Source: a virus
Virus genome (UHGV): UHGV-0042229
Direction: 5' to 3' (one strand)
Length of the DNA: 64,000 bases
Below are positions 1 to 10,322 of the stretch, in pieces; position 1 is the first letter of the stretch; each line of letters opens with the position of its first letter. The position numbers and the translations under genes are program-made. A model generated the notes under the pieces. The model made no database searches. It saw nothing but the letters and a program-made list of their open reading frames with translations, and was not told the origin of the DNA.

Positions 1-35
1 CATGGAACAGGTACACCAACGGGCAGCGCCGAGCC

Positions 36-63
36 TTCCCCTAAACCAACGTTTTAGTCTTAA
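36..63. other. cix-like crossover site for Cin (TTCCCCTAAACCAACGTTTTAGTCTTAA)
   Basis: Imperfect dyad around an AAACC..GTTT core, resembling Gin/Hin/Cin crossover sites, about 50 bp upstream of cin; recalled consensus, not aligned. Confidence 0.5.
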
Positions 64-115
64 TCCCTACCTATACCAACGATGTATTTTTAACTAAACA
101 AAGAGGTTGTTTTTC

Positions 116-688
116 ATGCAAATTGGCTACATTCGTGTGTCAACAAATGACCAAAACACAGATTTACAAAGAAATGCACTGAACTGCGCAGGATGTGAAC
201 TGATTTTTGAAGATAAAATAAGCGGAACAAAGTCAGCCAGACCAGGCTTGAAAAAGCTGCTCAGAACGTTATCAGAAGGAGATACGCTGGTTGTCTGGAA
301 GCTGGATAGGCTTGGCAGAAGTATGAAACACCTTATCACGCTTATAGAGGAGTTGCGGGAAAAAGGTGTTAATTTCCGTAGTCTGACAGACAGTATTGAC
401 ACATCAACACCCATGGGGCGTTTCTTTTTTCACGTCATGGGGGCTTTAGCAGAAATGGAACGTGAATTAATTGTTGAGAGAACACTGGCCGGACTGGCAG
501 CTGCACGCGAACAGGGACGCATTGGCGGACGTCGCCCGAAGTTGACAAAAGAACAACATGAGCAAATAGCGAGGTTGATCGAAAATGGCTACAGCAGGAA
601 ACAGTTGGCAATTATTTACGATATCGGTGTATCGACGATTTATCGTTATCATCCTGTAGAGAAGCGCCAAACTCAATCTGAGCTGTAA
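116..688 (+). CDS. cin: Cin serine DNA invertase (resolvase/invertase family)
   Basis: Translation MQIGYIRVSTNDQNTDLQRNAL... has the catalytic Ser motif and a C-terminal HTH; ATG at 116 follows an AAAGAGG RBS (ORF track begins at TTG 107). Confidence 0.9.
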   Translation: MQIGYIRVSTNDQNTDLQRNALNCAGCELIFEDKISGTKSARPGLKKLLRTLSEGDTLVVWKLDRLGRSMKHLITLIEELREKGVNFRSLTDSIDTSTPMGRFFFHVMGALAEMERELIVERTLAGLAAAREQGRIGGRRPKLTKEQHEQIARLIENGYSRKQLAIIYDIGVSTIYRYHPVEKRQTQSEL

Positions 689-1123
689 TTCTAATGCCGC
701 GTCGGTGTAATTTATCTTGATAGAATAGGTACATTTATCGCGCGGCACATCAATTCGATGTATCTAGCGCCTGCTGACCGCTAATGAAAACTGTTCTCGA
801 AATGTTGTCCCTAGTCCGAGACTAGGGTATCACCTCTGGAAAGCATACGCAGAACCTTTTTTAACCCAGGGTGCCCAGCTTTTTTGCTGCTCGCCTTATT
901 CGCAAAAATTAGCTCACATCCTGCGCTTTCAAGTGCTTTTCACTGCATAGCTGTGTTTTGTTCATTTGTCTATATGCGTACATAGCCTATTAGCATATTT
1001 TCTGCCCACTATCGTTATTTATTGCAAGCTACAGGTTTTAATTAACAAAACCAGTGTGTGTGGAAATCACAAAGTGCATACCGTTCTCAAATGTTGTTCA
1101 ACTTACTGTTGTATAGGTAAAAA

Positions 1124-1387
1124 ATGACATTTTATGTACATATCGTGATGTTATCCCTTCTTGGTGGGGTGTATTCGTATTTGAGTGGGCTATGTGAAAA
1201 CCGTTACGAGTCTTCATGCAAGAAATTGCTGGCCGAATGTATTTCCGCCGTACTTGCTGGCTTTATTGGCATGTATCTCGCGGAATATAAGGACATGAAT
1301 GAAAGCCTTCAGAGCTGCATGGTTCTTATTTTCAGCGCCAATAGCAGGCTTATTATTGAAGGTTCCAAAAGTCGGTTGAATAGGTAA
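1124..1387 (+). CDS. small hydrophobic protein, possibly holin-like
   Basis: 87-aa ORF with hydrophobic segments directly upstream of lydA. Confidence 0.3.
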   Translation: MTFYVHIVMLSLLGGVYSYLSGLCENRYESSCKKLLAECISAVLAGFIGMYLAEYKDMNESLQSCMVLIFSANSRLIIEGSKSRLNR

Positions 1388-1461
1388 GTCTCTTATGCAA
1401 CATAACCGGTTGAGAAGTTACTTTGCATACCATTACCTCCTGACAACGTAGGAGGGAACTT

Positions 1462-1791
1462 GTGCTTGACACACAGGAATTAGCTCCAGTTGCTATTGCG
1501 CTCCTGCTTTCAGTAATTGGTGGGATAGGCACGTTCCTGATGGATGTCCGAGACGGTCGCCAGTCTGGCAATTTGTTGGGATTGGTTACGGAGATCTTTG
1601 TTGCAGTGACAGCTGGCGCGGTGGCGTACCTATTGGGGCAACACGAGGGCTGGGAGTTATCAATTACGTACTTAATGGTAACGATAGCCAGCAATAACGG
1701 TCATGAGGTGATTTCAGGGATGAAACGAGTGAATATCGATAGCATTCTGAATGTTCTTACAAGTTTGGTGAAAAAGGGAGGCGGGAAATGA
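1462..1791 (+). CDS. lydA: holin LydA-like membrane protein
   Basis: 109-aa protein with multiple TM segments; size and position match P1 lydA upstream of the darA operon. Confidence 0.5.
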   Translation: MLDTQELAPVAIALLLSVIGGIGTFLMDVRDGRQSGNLLGLVTEIFVAVTAGAVAYLLGQHEGWELSITYLMVTIASNNGHEVISGMKRVNIDSILNVLTSLVKKGGGK

Positions 1792-2231
1792 TTGGCTGGG
1801 GTGTATGCGTTCTTGCGTTAGCCTTAGCCGATCGCTATTTGCTAAAACGCAAGGACATCACGCATTTAGAACTTGGTGATGTGGAAATTAAACCGGGTTT
1901 CATCCGGGTGCCGTTCAAATACCGGTCTAAATTCCCGTTTTTGCGCGGCGCAACGGTCAGATATTGGATCCGCGATGTTCAGAAGCCGACGACAGTGATT
2001 GAAGGCGAACAACGTTGTTTGACGTCGGCTGAACAGGGCGAAAACAGTGAATGGTTGTACATACCCACTGAATATATGGGTAAAGGAGAGCGACTGTGGC
2101 ATTTCAACGTCATGGTTACGCATGGCGACTCGTTCATTAACCCGTTGTATCGGATTTTCCCTGTTACTCAGCAAATCCGCAGAAGTTACGTAATAAATCT
2201 CGCACAGGATGTGTCAGATGACGAAAAATAA
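1788..2231 (+). CDS. lydB: LydB-like antiholin
   Basis: 147-aa ORF overlapping the lydA stop by 4 nt; P1 gene order. Confidence 0.45.
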   Translation: MIGWGVCVLALALADRYLLKRKDITHLELGDVEIKPGFIRVPFKYRSKFPFLRGATVRYWIRDVQKPTTVIEGEQRCLTSAEQGENSEWLYIPTEYMGKGERLWHFNVMVTHGDSFINPLYRIFPVTQQIRRSYVINLAQDVSDDEK

Positions 2232-2820
2232 GTATGCAACGGTCGATTTTGACCAGGTTAATGAAAAGGGGCTGAAATCCCTTATCGCGGCGATCAATAA
2301 AACCGGTGTTACGGTAATTGAGGTTGACTCCAGCAACCGCGCAACAACGAAAGATGGCGTTAAAGTTAAAACCGCAAAGCTGGTTCTTAACGACGGACAA
2401 ATTCTTGCCATACAGGTAAACGATACTGGCGATATATCGTCTGTGAGGCTGAATGGAAAAGCTATTCCTAACGCTCAGTCGCCGGATATCAAGACGCTTG
2501 GTACCGTCATGGGGCAAGCGGCCCGCAAAAACTCCGCAAAATTCCAGAAATCACTGATCGCCAAAGCGAAACGTGTTGCCAATCCGGTAGACAAGAAACC
2601 GGCAGTAAAATCCAACTTTCAGCGCCTGCAAGAGGCAAAACAGCGGAATGCTCAGGTGGTTGCCGCTTATAAATCAGCGCAGAACTCGGTGTCTTTCAAT
2701 CAACAGCAGATCACTGATTTGCGGGCGAAGCTGGATAAGGAGACAGGCCGACTCAATAACGAAAAGGCCCGAAATGGCGAACTCAAACGCCGTCTTAAGC
2801 AACTGAAAGCAGGAAATTAA
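2209..2820 (+). CDS. darA-operon protein (Hdf-like position)
   Basis: 203-aa ORF immediately upstream of and coupled to the 639-aa DarA-like gene. Confidence 0.4.
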   Translation: MCQMTKNKYATVDFDQVNEKGLKSLIAAINKTGVTVIEVDSSNRATTKDGVKVKTAKLVLNDGQILAIQVNDTGDISSVRLNGKAIPNAQSPDIKTLGTVMGQAARKNSAKFQKSLIAKAKRVANPVDKKPAVKSNFQRLQEAKQRNAQVVAAYKSAQNSVSFNQQQITDLRAKLDKETGRLNNEKARNGELKRRLKQLKAGN

Positions 2821-2821
2821 C

Positions 2822-4741
2822 ATGGAACAGTTCAATATCAATAAAGGGGTGACGATCAAGCCTGGGCTTGACGTGCTTCCCCCGCCAGTGACTGATGATG
2901 AATATCGCGCATTAATGGCCGGTGAGGACCGCTATCTGATGACGGAATCCAACACCCTGGAGGAAATCGAGGCTACGTTCTTCTATGACACGCCGATCCA
3001 CTGGTGTGCTACGGATTTACTGGAGGCGATTAGTTCTACTCGTTTGCAGTTACACCGGACCATGCAGGCATTTGTCCGGGCATTGAACCAGAAGCTGAAT
3101 GGTACCGGAATCTCTGCGGGGAGTGATAAAACGGGGGATGTGGCCCAGAGCGGCGCGCGCGCGATCGGCGGTGCTGAAATTGGCCGGGCACGGAACGTTA
3201 ACGGGCTGCCGGTCCTGCCAGCCATTATTCCGCTCAGTGATGGTCAGACTATCAGCATTCTGTTTCATAGCCCGACAGCGGAAAACCGGATCACCAATAG
3301 CGATACGCTGGTTGCTTTCCAGTTCTTACTGAATAAAAAAGACGTTACTCACACCGTTGCTCCGATGAGTGGACGTGATATGACGCTGGCGCAGGTCACC
3401 ATGAAACTTGCCAACCTTGCAGAGAAAAACTCGGCAAAATTCCAGCGTGCGCAGAAGAAGAAAAAAGCCCTGGTTGATGAAATAACCCAACTACAGGCTG
3501 ACAGTGACCAGAAAGAGGATGCCATGAGCGACCTCGCGGATCAGGTGGCAGTGGTAGAAGGGCAGAAGGCAGATCTGGAGCAGAAAATTAACGCGGTCGC
3601 CTCGGAAGCGGATTCTCTTTATGAAGAGAATGAGCGTTTGCAGGCGGAGATTGATCAGCTCAATCGAACAGGTGGGCGCGATACCATTGCTCCAGTGGCA
3701 ATAACTGGTGGGCACTCACGCGCGTTGACGGATCGCCTTGCCAGTATCAAAAATCGCATGCATATGGACGGTGAAGCGACGCTCAGTAATGGTGCATCAA
3801 TGAAGCAATTCATTGGGGATGGCGAAGGGTATATCCAGTTAACCGATCCGGATGGCAGCGTATACATGATCAAGGCTAAATCCATACAGGGTGTGGACAT
3901 GGCAGATGCAATCGGCAAGCTGTTTAAAGCCTATAAAGCGGGTAATGTATCGGAATACCTGGTCCAACCAGAAGAACATAAACCGGAAAACGTCGAACCT
4001 GAACCAGCGGAGGATACCGGTAGCTCTTCGCCTGAACCAGAAGTCTCTGTAGGTGCATATCGATATGCCCTGCAAATGCGTCCGGCGGCCCCTGGCGCAA
4101 TACCTGAAGGTAACAAAGCAATTCTGCCGCGCCCTGATGAAGGTGACCCGTATTATGAATATGCACGCTACGGCATTGCTACTTACGATACCCCGCTTTC
4201 TGATCAGCAAATGAGTGAGTACGACCTGAAGTTATTGCCTCGCGAGGATTCTTTCGATTTCCTGGCGAAGACACTTACTAATGGTCCGTTTGGCAAATAT
4301 GCACAAAAAGCTCTGGAGCTGGCCACCAGCTCACCAGACGAGTTCCGCGTAATGCTGAAAACTCAGTTTCAAAAAACTTTCCCCAATATTGCGTTTCCTG
4401 GGGGCGCAGGCACCGAGAAAATGGTGCAGAGCATGATCAATGCATTGCAGGCCGAAGTCGGTGAGATTACTCAGCCAGAACCGGCCCCGGCACAGCCTGA
4501 TGAAACGGTTAGCGAAGCAGATGCAGAGGCTAATAAAGCCATTGAATATCTCAATAACGTGATGGATATGCAAAGCACTGACATGGCGGAGATCCGTAAC
4601 GCCCGGGGCAATGTCCGGGAAGCGATTGCAGCCCTTCAGGCTGCCGGACGTTTTGAGGAAAACGAAGAGCTGGTTAACGGCGCAGCTCGCCACCTGGCTG
4701 ATCTGTTGGTAGCAATCCAGAAAGCGGGGGTAGCGGCATGA
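2822..4741 (+). CDS. darA: DarA-like internal head antirestriction protein
   Basis: 639-aa acidic protein with coiled-coil; position and size as in the P1 darA operon. Confidence 0.55.
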   Translation: MEQFNINKGVTIKPGLDVLPPPVTDDEYRALMAGEDRYLMTESNTLEEIEATFFYDTPIHWCATDLLEAISSTRLQLHRTMQAFVRALNQKLNGTGISAGSDKTGDVAQSGARAIGGAEIGRARNVNGLPVLPAIIPLSDGQTISILFHSPTAENRITNSDTLVAFQFLLNKKDVTHTVAPMSGRDMTLAQVTMKLANLAEKNSAKFQRAQKKKKALVDEITQLQADSDQKEDAMSDLADQVAVVEGQKADLEQKINAVASEADSLYEENERLQAEIDQLNRTGGRDTIAPVAITGGHSRALTDRLASIKNRMHMDGEATLSNGASMKQFIGDGEGYIQLTDPDGSVYMIKAKSIQGVDMADAIGKLFKAYKAGNVSEYLVQPEEHKPENVEPEPAEDTGSSSPEPEVSVGAYRYALQMRPAAPGAIPEGNKAILPRPDEGDPYYEYARYGIATYDTPLSDQQMSEYDLKLLPREDSFDFLAKTLTNGPFGKYAQKALELATSSPDEFRVMLKTQFQKTFPNIAFPGGAGTEKMVQSMINALQAEVGEITQPEPAPAQPDETVSEADAEANKAIEYLNNVMDMQSTDMAEIRNARGNVREAIAALQAAGRFEENEELVNGAARHLADLLVAIQKAGVAA

Positions 4742-5103
4742 CACTATCAGCTATTGAGTTAATGGATCTCAGCGATAAGTTGGATGCTCTGATGTCCAAA
4801 GCGGCTATCGCGAGTGGTATGGAGTTGCTGGATATCAGCGATGAAATTGACCAGATCATGCAACAGATGGGGTACGGCGCGTCCGGCGGTGGTAGTGGCG
4901 AGGAAAAACAACCTTCGGAACATGATGGTGTGCCAAAACTGGTTGCTGATTTCCTGGCTGATAAATTCGTCGATCAGAGCACCGATGCATTTATCGGTAC
5001 CTTGCAGGATTTGAGTCAATATGTTGGCACATACATCGACCTGGACCAGGTTAAACAGCACACGGCGGCATGGATAGCCGCCAACATTAAAGAGGCAGCA
5101 TAA
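4738..5103 (+). CDS. small acidic darA-operon protein (DdrA-like)
   Basis: 121-aa ORF overlapping the darA stop. Confidence 0.4.
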   Translation: MTLSAIELMDLSDKLDALMSKAAIASGMELLDISDEIDQIMQQMGYGASGGGSGEEKQPSEHDGVPKLVADFLADKFVDQSTDAFIGTLQDLSQYVGTYIDLDQVKQHTAAWIAANIKEAA

Positions 5104-5115
5104 GGCGTAACAGGG

Positions 5116-8103
5116 ATGAGCTTAAGCGATCAGGTGGTAATGGCCACCAGCATAGAAACGCTGATCGAGCTGCTAAAGAACCTGCCCGATTATGGGCGGG
5201 TTTCGTATGTGGTGACAGCGAAGGGAGACGAGGTAAAAACAGCGTTTGATATCGTCGATGCCTCAGCTCTTTTGGTATCCAATACTCTGGATGGGAAAAT
5301 TAATCCTGACTATCCCCAGGAACTTCAGCCGCGCGACCGGACCCGCGCATCCAGCCTTCTTCAGGTTAACCAGATATCCAAAGATTTGCGGCCAGCTCAG
5401 CTTACTGATTCCGGTTTATCCAGCCATGGTGCGCCGATAATTGGTGAGGACAATGCCGTTGAGTCAGGTAATGGACGGACCATGGGGATCATCAAAGCCT
5501 ATCAGGACGGCAATGCGGATCGGTATCGTGAGTACCTGATTGAACATGCGACCGAATTCGGAATACGACCTGAAAAGGTTGAATCAATGACGGCTCCGGT
5601 ACTGGTGCGCCGCCGGTTAACGAAGGTTGACCGTGTTCAGTTTGCCAAGGACTCAAATATTTCTGATCTCCAGGAAATGGCAGCCAGTGAAAAGGCTTTT
5701 GTTGATGCCGACAGCATAACTCCGGCGATGATGGCGCTGTTTAACCCATCAGAAAGCGGAGATCTGCTTAGCCGCAGTAATGACGCGTTTATTCGCGGAT
5801 TCATGACGCAAGTTGGTGCCACACAGGCTGCTGGCCTTGTAACGGAAGATGGGCGACCAACACGGCAACTTGTTGACCGTATACAAAACGCGATCTTTGC
5901 CAAGGCATATAAGGATGCGCGCCTGGTAAGAATGGTTGCAGAAGAACCTGATCCGGATATGCGTAATGTTCTGACGGCGCTTAATGCGGCAGCCAATGAT
6001 TTTGTCCAGATGCAGGCTTTATCAGGAGAAGCGCACAAGCAGGCTGTGACAACTATTGTTGATGGTATTGAGACAGCGGATAGTCTCGATAAAAAGGCGC
6101 TGGCGGCATTGAAAGATGCGGTAGACCTGGTAAGGCAATCGAAGGAGTCAGGCCAACATATTACCGATGTTATTGCTCAGGGGGATATGTTCAGCGAAAC
6201 AGCCCCGGAAGTGAAAGCTCTCGCGTTGTTCATCGTCGCGAATAACCGTAGCGCGAAGCGTATGGCCACCGCCTTTAAATTGATGGCTCAACGTATCAAT
6301 GATGAGTTACAGCACCAGGGCCAGGCGCTGGGGGATATGTTTGGCGGTGGTGATGTGTCGTTACAGGATATCCTTCGCCAGGTGTCTCAGGAACTGGAAA
6401 ACGAAGGCATGCAAGGGATATCCGGCGGTCTTTTCGAGTCCGTTTCCGGCGGTAGTTACAACGGTGTTGCTCCATATACCAGTTTGCTATTACATCGGGC
6501 ATCCGGCATCAAAGACATTATTCATCTGATCAGGCTGCTTTCCCGTACAGATCCCCAGGATGAACAGCTTGTACAAGTGCTTGCGCATTTTGTTCGAATG
6601 CCTGTTGCCGACGTGAATAAATGGTGCCGATTATTCGGTATCAGCAATTCGTTACTTCGCGGATTGTTAAATCACGCATCCTCCCTTGGGCGCGACGGCT
6701 TTGATGAGATAGCGCAGGCGATAAAAAACGGAGATATGCCACCAGCTATTGACTGGTTTTCCATTCGCCCAACCAGGGTGAAAGCATTCCTTAGCGCGGC
6801 GCATTCGGCATCACCATTGGCAGAAATGGTTCAGAGGTTGTCGCTCATATTCACAGACCATACCGCGTTGGGTGATTTGACTCTGGACGAGATGAAAGAA
6901 GCCTCCATTCAGTGGGCCGATCAACAAAATGAGGTTAACTCTGACTTCTTGCCAGCATTCAGGAAGGCCGTTAGTAAAGCTGATGATGCCCGTGGAATTC
7001 TGAGGGCATTTAAGGCATTGCAAAGTCAGGTTAATAAACATGTCGGTGATATCGATGGGGTAACGGCGGAAGGCAGGGATATCCTTAAAGAGCACGGCAT
7101 AACGCCAGAGTTTATTGATGAGATCAGGACTGATATGCAGCGTGAGGTCGTATCGTCCCTGCAAATCGTAGCCAGAGCGTTGGCGGATGCTAATCCGAAG
7201 AGTGCGGCCATTGTTAACCGTGTTATTGGTGATATTGAAGCATCGGAGGGCATGGGGGCGCTGAAACTCTTCCTTTCGCGAGCGTTTAATCCTAACGGCA
7301 ATATTCTCCCCGGCATTATTGGTGAGGCTAAAAAGTATGTCAGCGAAGAAGAACTTGAGCATCTTGACCAACTACTTAAGCGATTCTCATATAACCCGCA
7401 GACACGCTGGCAAATGAATCAGCAAAGTATGGGTTCGGTCCACGAGAAAGTGTTATCTGCCATGAACAGTGCGATCGCCAACTCATCCGTATCTGAAGAA
7501 AAAGCTCTTGAGTGGGCCGACTCTTTTATCACGGAAGAAGTGGAAGAAGCCCGCGCTGGACAGAATGGTGGGATAGACCTGCGCAAGGAACTTGCTGATA
7601 TTTATCGCCTGACCGGCGGTAAAATTTCGACCTTATCAAAGGTGGTTCACCACCAGGGAAGGGCATATGCAAATATTAATGGTGTTGTTGCTGTCAATTT
7701 GAACGATGAAAATGCAAGTGCACTGTGGCACGAGCTGGGTCATCATCTTGAGTACAGTAACCCTGGTTTGTTAGAGAAAGCCCGGTCATTCCTGAAGGCC
7801 AATGTTGAAGGGGATAAGCCATCTTTCGTTAATATCGGTGGGCGTGGCAAGCCTGAATGGTGCTTCAGATCTCGATTGAGTAATATTTATATGGCGAAGG
7901 TATACCCGCCAGCCTCAGTAAGTAACACCGGGAAAATTCGGCAGAAATCACCGACTATTTCCAAAACGTCAGCAACGGAAGTATTCTCTATGGCTCTTCA
8001 GTTGTATCATGACAAAGAGGCCGCTGCCGCATCACTGATGAATGGTGACGGATTGCTGGAACTGTTATTAGGTGTGGCAAAGGAGCTAAATAATGCAGAT
8101 TAA
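5116..8103 (+). CDS. ddrB: DdrB-like large head/antirestriction protein
   Basis: 995-aa ORF following darA/ddrA; P1 operon order. Confidence 0.5.
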   Translation: MSLSDQVVMATSIETLIELLKNLPDYGRVSYVVTAKGDEVKTAFDIVDASALLVSNTLDGKINPDYPQELQPRDRTRASSLLQVNQISKDLRPAQLTDSGLSSHGAPIIGEDNAVESGNGRTMGIIKAYQDGNADRYREYLIEHATEFGIRPEKVESMTAPVLVRRRLTKVDRVQFAKDSNISDLQEMAASEKAFVDADSITPAMMALFNPSESGDLLSRSNDAFIRGFMTQVGATQAAGLVTEDGRPTRQLVDRIQNAIFAKAYKDARLVRMVAEEPDPDMRNVLTALNAAANDFVQMQALSGEAHKQAVTTIVDGIETADSLDKKALAALKDAVDLVRQSKESGQHITDVIAQGDMFSETAPEVKALALFIVANNRSAKRMATAFKLMAQRINDELQHQGQALGDMFGGGDVSLQDILRQVSQELENEGMQGISGGLFESVSGGSYNGVAPYTSLLLHRASGIKDIIHLIRLLSRTDPQDEQLVQVLAHFVRMPVADVNKWCRLFGISNSLLRGLLNHASSLGRDGFDEIAQAIKNGDMPPAIDWFSIRPTRVKAFLSAAHSASPLAEMVQRLSLIFTDHTALGDLTLDEMKEASIQWADQQNEVNSDFLPAFRKAVSKADDARGILRAFKALQSQVNKHVGDIDGVTAEGRDILKEHGITPEFIDEIRTDMQREVVSSLQIVARALADANPKSAAIVNRVIGDIEASEGMGALKLFLSRAFNPNGNILPGIIGEAKKYVSEEELEHLDQLLKRFSYNPQTRWQMNQQSMGSVHEKVLSAMNSAIANSSVSEEKALEWADSFITEEVEEARAGQNGGIDLRKELADIYRLTGGKISTLSKVVHHQGRAYANINGVVAVNLNDENASALWHELGHHLEYSNPGLLEKARSFLKANVEGDKPSFVNIGGRGKPEWCFRSRLSNIYMAKVYPPASVSNTGKIRQKSPTISKTSATEVFSMALQLYHDKEAAAASLMNGDGLLELLLGVAKELNNAD

Positions 8104-8401
8104 AATCGCAGCGCCATTAGGCGGAGATGCCATTATCGAATTTGATGATAATGAAGAAGTTTCCGGGCGTTTAAGCATTATCTCCGGTGACATTACCGAG
8201 GACATGATCGCTGAAGCCATAGCTGGGGCAAATCCCAATAGCTATATGGGATTCGTTAACACCCTTGATGCTCCCGCAAGTGATGTTCTCCGAACGCTGC
8301 ATCTTTACGCTGGCTGGTTTGTTGATTGGCCAGCAGTAGATGGTGGCGATGAGGACGACGACGATGATTTTGGTGATCATGTAGACCAGATCGTATATTG
8401 A
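8093..8401 (+). CDS. small acidic protein at end of darA operon
   Basis: 102-aa ORF with a poly-Asp tail (DEDDDDDFGDH), overlapping the ddrB stop. Confidence 0.35.
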   Translation: MQIKIAAPLGGDAIIEFDDNEEVSGRLSIISGDITEDMIAEAIAGANPNSYMGFVNTLDAPASDVLRTLHLYAGWFVDWPAVDGGDEDDDDDFGDHVDQIVY

Positions 8402-8403
8402 AG

Positions 8404-8430
8404 AAATCCCGCCAGTCGGCGGGATTTTTA
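8404..8430. terminator. intrinsic terminator hairpin between convergent operons
   Basis: AAATCCCGCC-AGTC-GGCGGGATTT followed by TTT; 10-bp perfect stem immediately after the operon stop. Confidence 0.5.
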
Positions 8431-8432
8431 CC

Positions 8433-9527
8433 TCACGAGAAGCTTTTTTCTGATGTCAGCCAACAGTGCTCGTGCAAATCTCTTGGTGGTTTTTCGACAA
8501 ATGCCTCTTCAGCCACATCCTGCCAGGGGATTTGTTTAGCCCATTCAGTTATAGCGTTATGGTTTGCCGAGAATAACGGTATTGTATAGGCCTTCAGCCA
8601 GTCTAATGTGCTGGAGTTGTGTTTTTGAGCGTGATGTTTCGCATGGTGTTTGGCGATCACGATCGTAGGCACTACCCATTTACTACCGTCAGTCATTGTG
8701 AAGTGCATATTACGGGGAACAGATGACTTTTCCATCAACTCCCGAATCCCGGGAAATTTCCCCAAGATCAATCGGCGATATTCATCGCTATTGCGCCCAC
8801 CAAACTCTTTGGCTTTGAATTCAAGATATGCTTCAGAAACGAGAGGTGAATCCTCTGTGTTTAGAGTTATCGCCGTGAAAAAACCAGCAGGATTGTTTTT
8901 ACTATGGGCCAACCGGTGATGCGAATCATAAAAGTACCCTTTCTCGCGTTCCGATGGTTTCGACAGCAACAGCAGGCGCGAGTCATAATTGGTTAAATTG
9001 CCAGTTATCACTGCATGAGCGCGATCGCTGATTTCCGCCGAGTTAATAACGATGAAAAGATCGTGCGGTCCAGTAAAACCAGCCAGAGACTCTTCGTTAT
9101 TCAGACAATAGGTTATATAGACGCATCCCCATGTTTCACTGATATGCACCAACCCTTTGTCAGGGTGTATTCTGAAATAATTGCCAAGAAAAGGGTGTTT
9201 TTGGGTAACTCGCTCCCAATAACGGAACATATAGTCAATTATTGTTTTTCGACTATCGTTAATCGCAGGAGAAACAACCACTGTACGGGAACACGAATAC
9301 AGTATTGTTTGCAGGATGCTAATCACTGCCACAATAGAGGTTTCCCCAATACCATGTGGTGTGGTGGCAGTGACTTTGGCTCCGGTGTTCTTTATCGCGT
9401 TAATAATTTTTGCCTGATGAGGTGTTAACTCAATATCAAGCAACTCTTTTGCTGCCAGTTCCCAATTGTCTTTATACCGTTCTATCAGTGCTAACCAGGC
9501 AGATTCATTCTGTATACGATTAATCAC
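8433..9527 (-). CDS. terminase large-subunit (PacB) paralog with degenerate ATPase motifs, no nuclease domain
   Basis: ITGNLTNYDSRLLLLSKPSEREKGYFYDSHHRLA... aligns by eye with Pac[34 protein letters not shown]...; Walker A GTGKS is GIGET and Walker B IIDEAS is VINSAE. Confidence 0.6.
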   Translation of the reverse strand: MINRIQNESAWLALIERYKDNWELAAKELLDIELTPHQAKIINAIKNTGAKVTATTPHGIGETSIVAVISILQTILYSCSRTVVVSPAINDSRKTIIDYMFRYWERVTQKHPFLGNYFRIHPDKGLVHISETWGCVYITYCLNNEESLAGFTGPHDLFIVINSAEISDRAHAVITGNLTNYDSRLLLLSKPSEREKGYFYDSHHRLAHSKNNPAGFFTAITLNTEDSPLVSEAYLEFKAKEFGGRNSDEYRRLILGKFPGIRELMEKSSVPRNMHFTMTDGSKWVVPTIVIAKHHAKHHAQKHNSSTLDWLKAYTIPLFSANHNAITEWAKQIPWQDVAEEAFVEKPPRDLHEHCWLTSEKSFS

Positions 9528-10308
9528 TTTCCACCTCTTCCGTGGTGTTTTCTTGCAGTTCTGTTAATGCAGCACGACATAGGTTCCGGGCATTGGCTAT
9601 AGCCACACTTTTGACTTCATCCGTCATCGTGCAGGTAATGTACTGATCGAGTTCTTCAGCGCGGATGATGCTTTTGCCAATCAGAAACTGTATTTGCCAT
9701 AGCAGATCGGCATCCATAATCAGAATTTCTGCCGGGCCTTCAGGGCCAGCCGGGAAGGAAACATAAGACTGTTTGCCCAGGCCGACAACTCGACAACTTG
9801 CTTCAAGAATTGCGCGCTTGAGGTCTGACTTTATAACGGAAACAGGTTGATTTTCACCAGTGATTACGCCGTTGACATGGAAAGGCATGTAGCTTGAAAT
9901 ACGCTCCACTTTCCACACGCCAGCAAGCGATCCTTCATGCAGCACAATGGGGGTAACCGCGAGTTTCATCTCACCATATAACTGCTGGCAGATAGCTGGA
10001 TTGCTGAATACATCTAAAGGCTCACATTCAAACAGCGGCGCAATCTGCATGAGGTCCATCATGGTCATCCCTGGGGTACGAGCAGTAATGAATTTGCGCA
10101 TACCAGTATCCATTGCGCTCCAGATTGCTACACCATGCTTTTTGCTCACTTCTTCAGTAAAGCCAAGGTGGCACATGATGGTTTTTTCGATAGCCAGATC
10201 GGAGATAGAAACCTTTTCGCCAGGTACACCATCATTATTGATGGTCACTTCGACACTCTGGCCATTACGCAGGCGGTATTGAATTGTTTTAGTATTTTGT
10301 GCTGCCAT
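9520..10308 (-). CDS. hypothetical protein
   Basis: ORF in operon with ssb; start placed at internal ATG (MAAQNTK...) to avoid overlap with the upstream small ORF. Confidence 0.45.
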   Translation of the reverse strand: MAAQNTKTIQYRLRNGQSVEVTINNDGVPGEKVSISDLAIEKTIMCHLGFTEEVSKKHGVAIWSAMDTGMRKFITARTPGMTMMDLMQIAPLFECEPLDVFSNPAICQQLYGEMKLAVTPIVLHEGSLAGVWKVERISSYMPFHVNGVITGENQPVSVIKSDLKRAILEASCRVVGLGKQSYVSFPAGPEGPAEILIMDADLLWQIQFLIGKSIIRAEELDQYITCTMTDEVKSVAIANARNLCRAALTELQENTTEEVESD

Positions 10309-10322
10309 AGTCTTTTCTCTGC

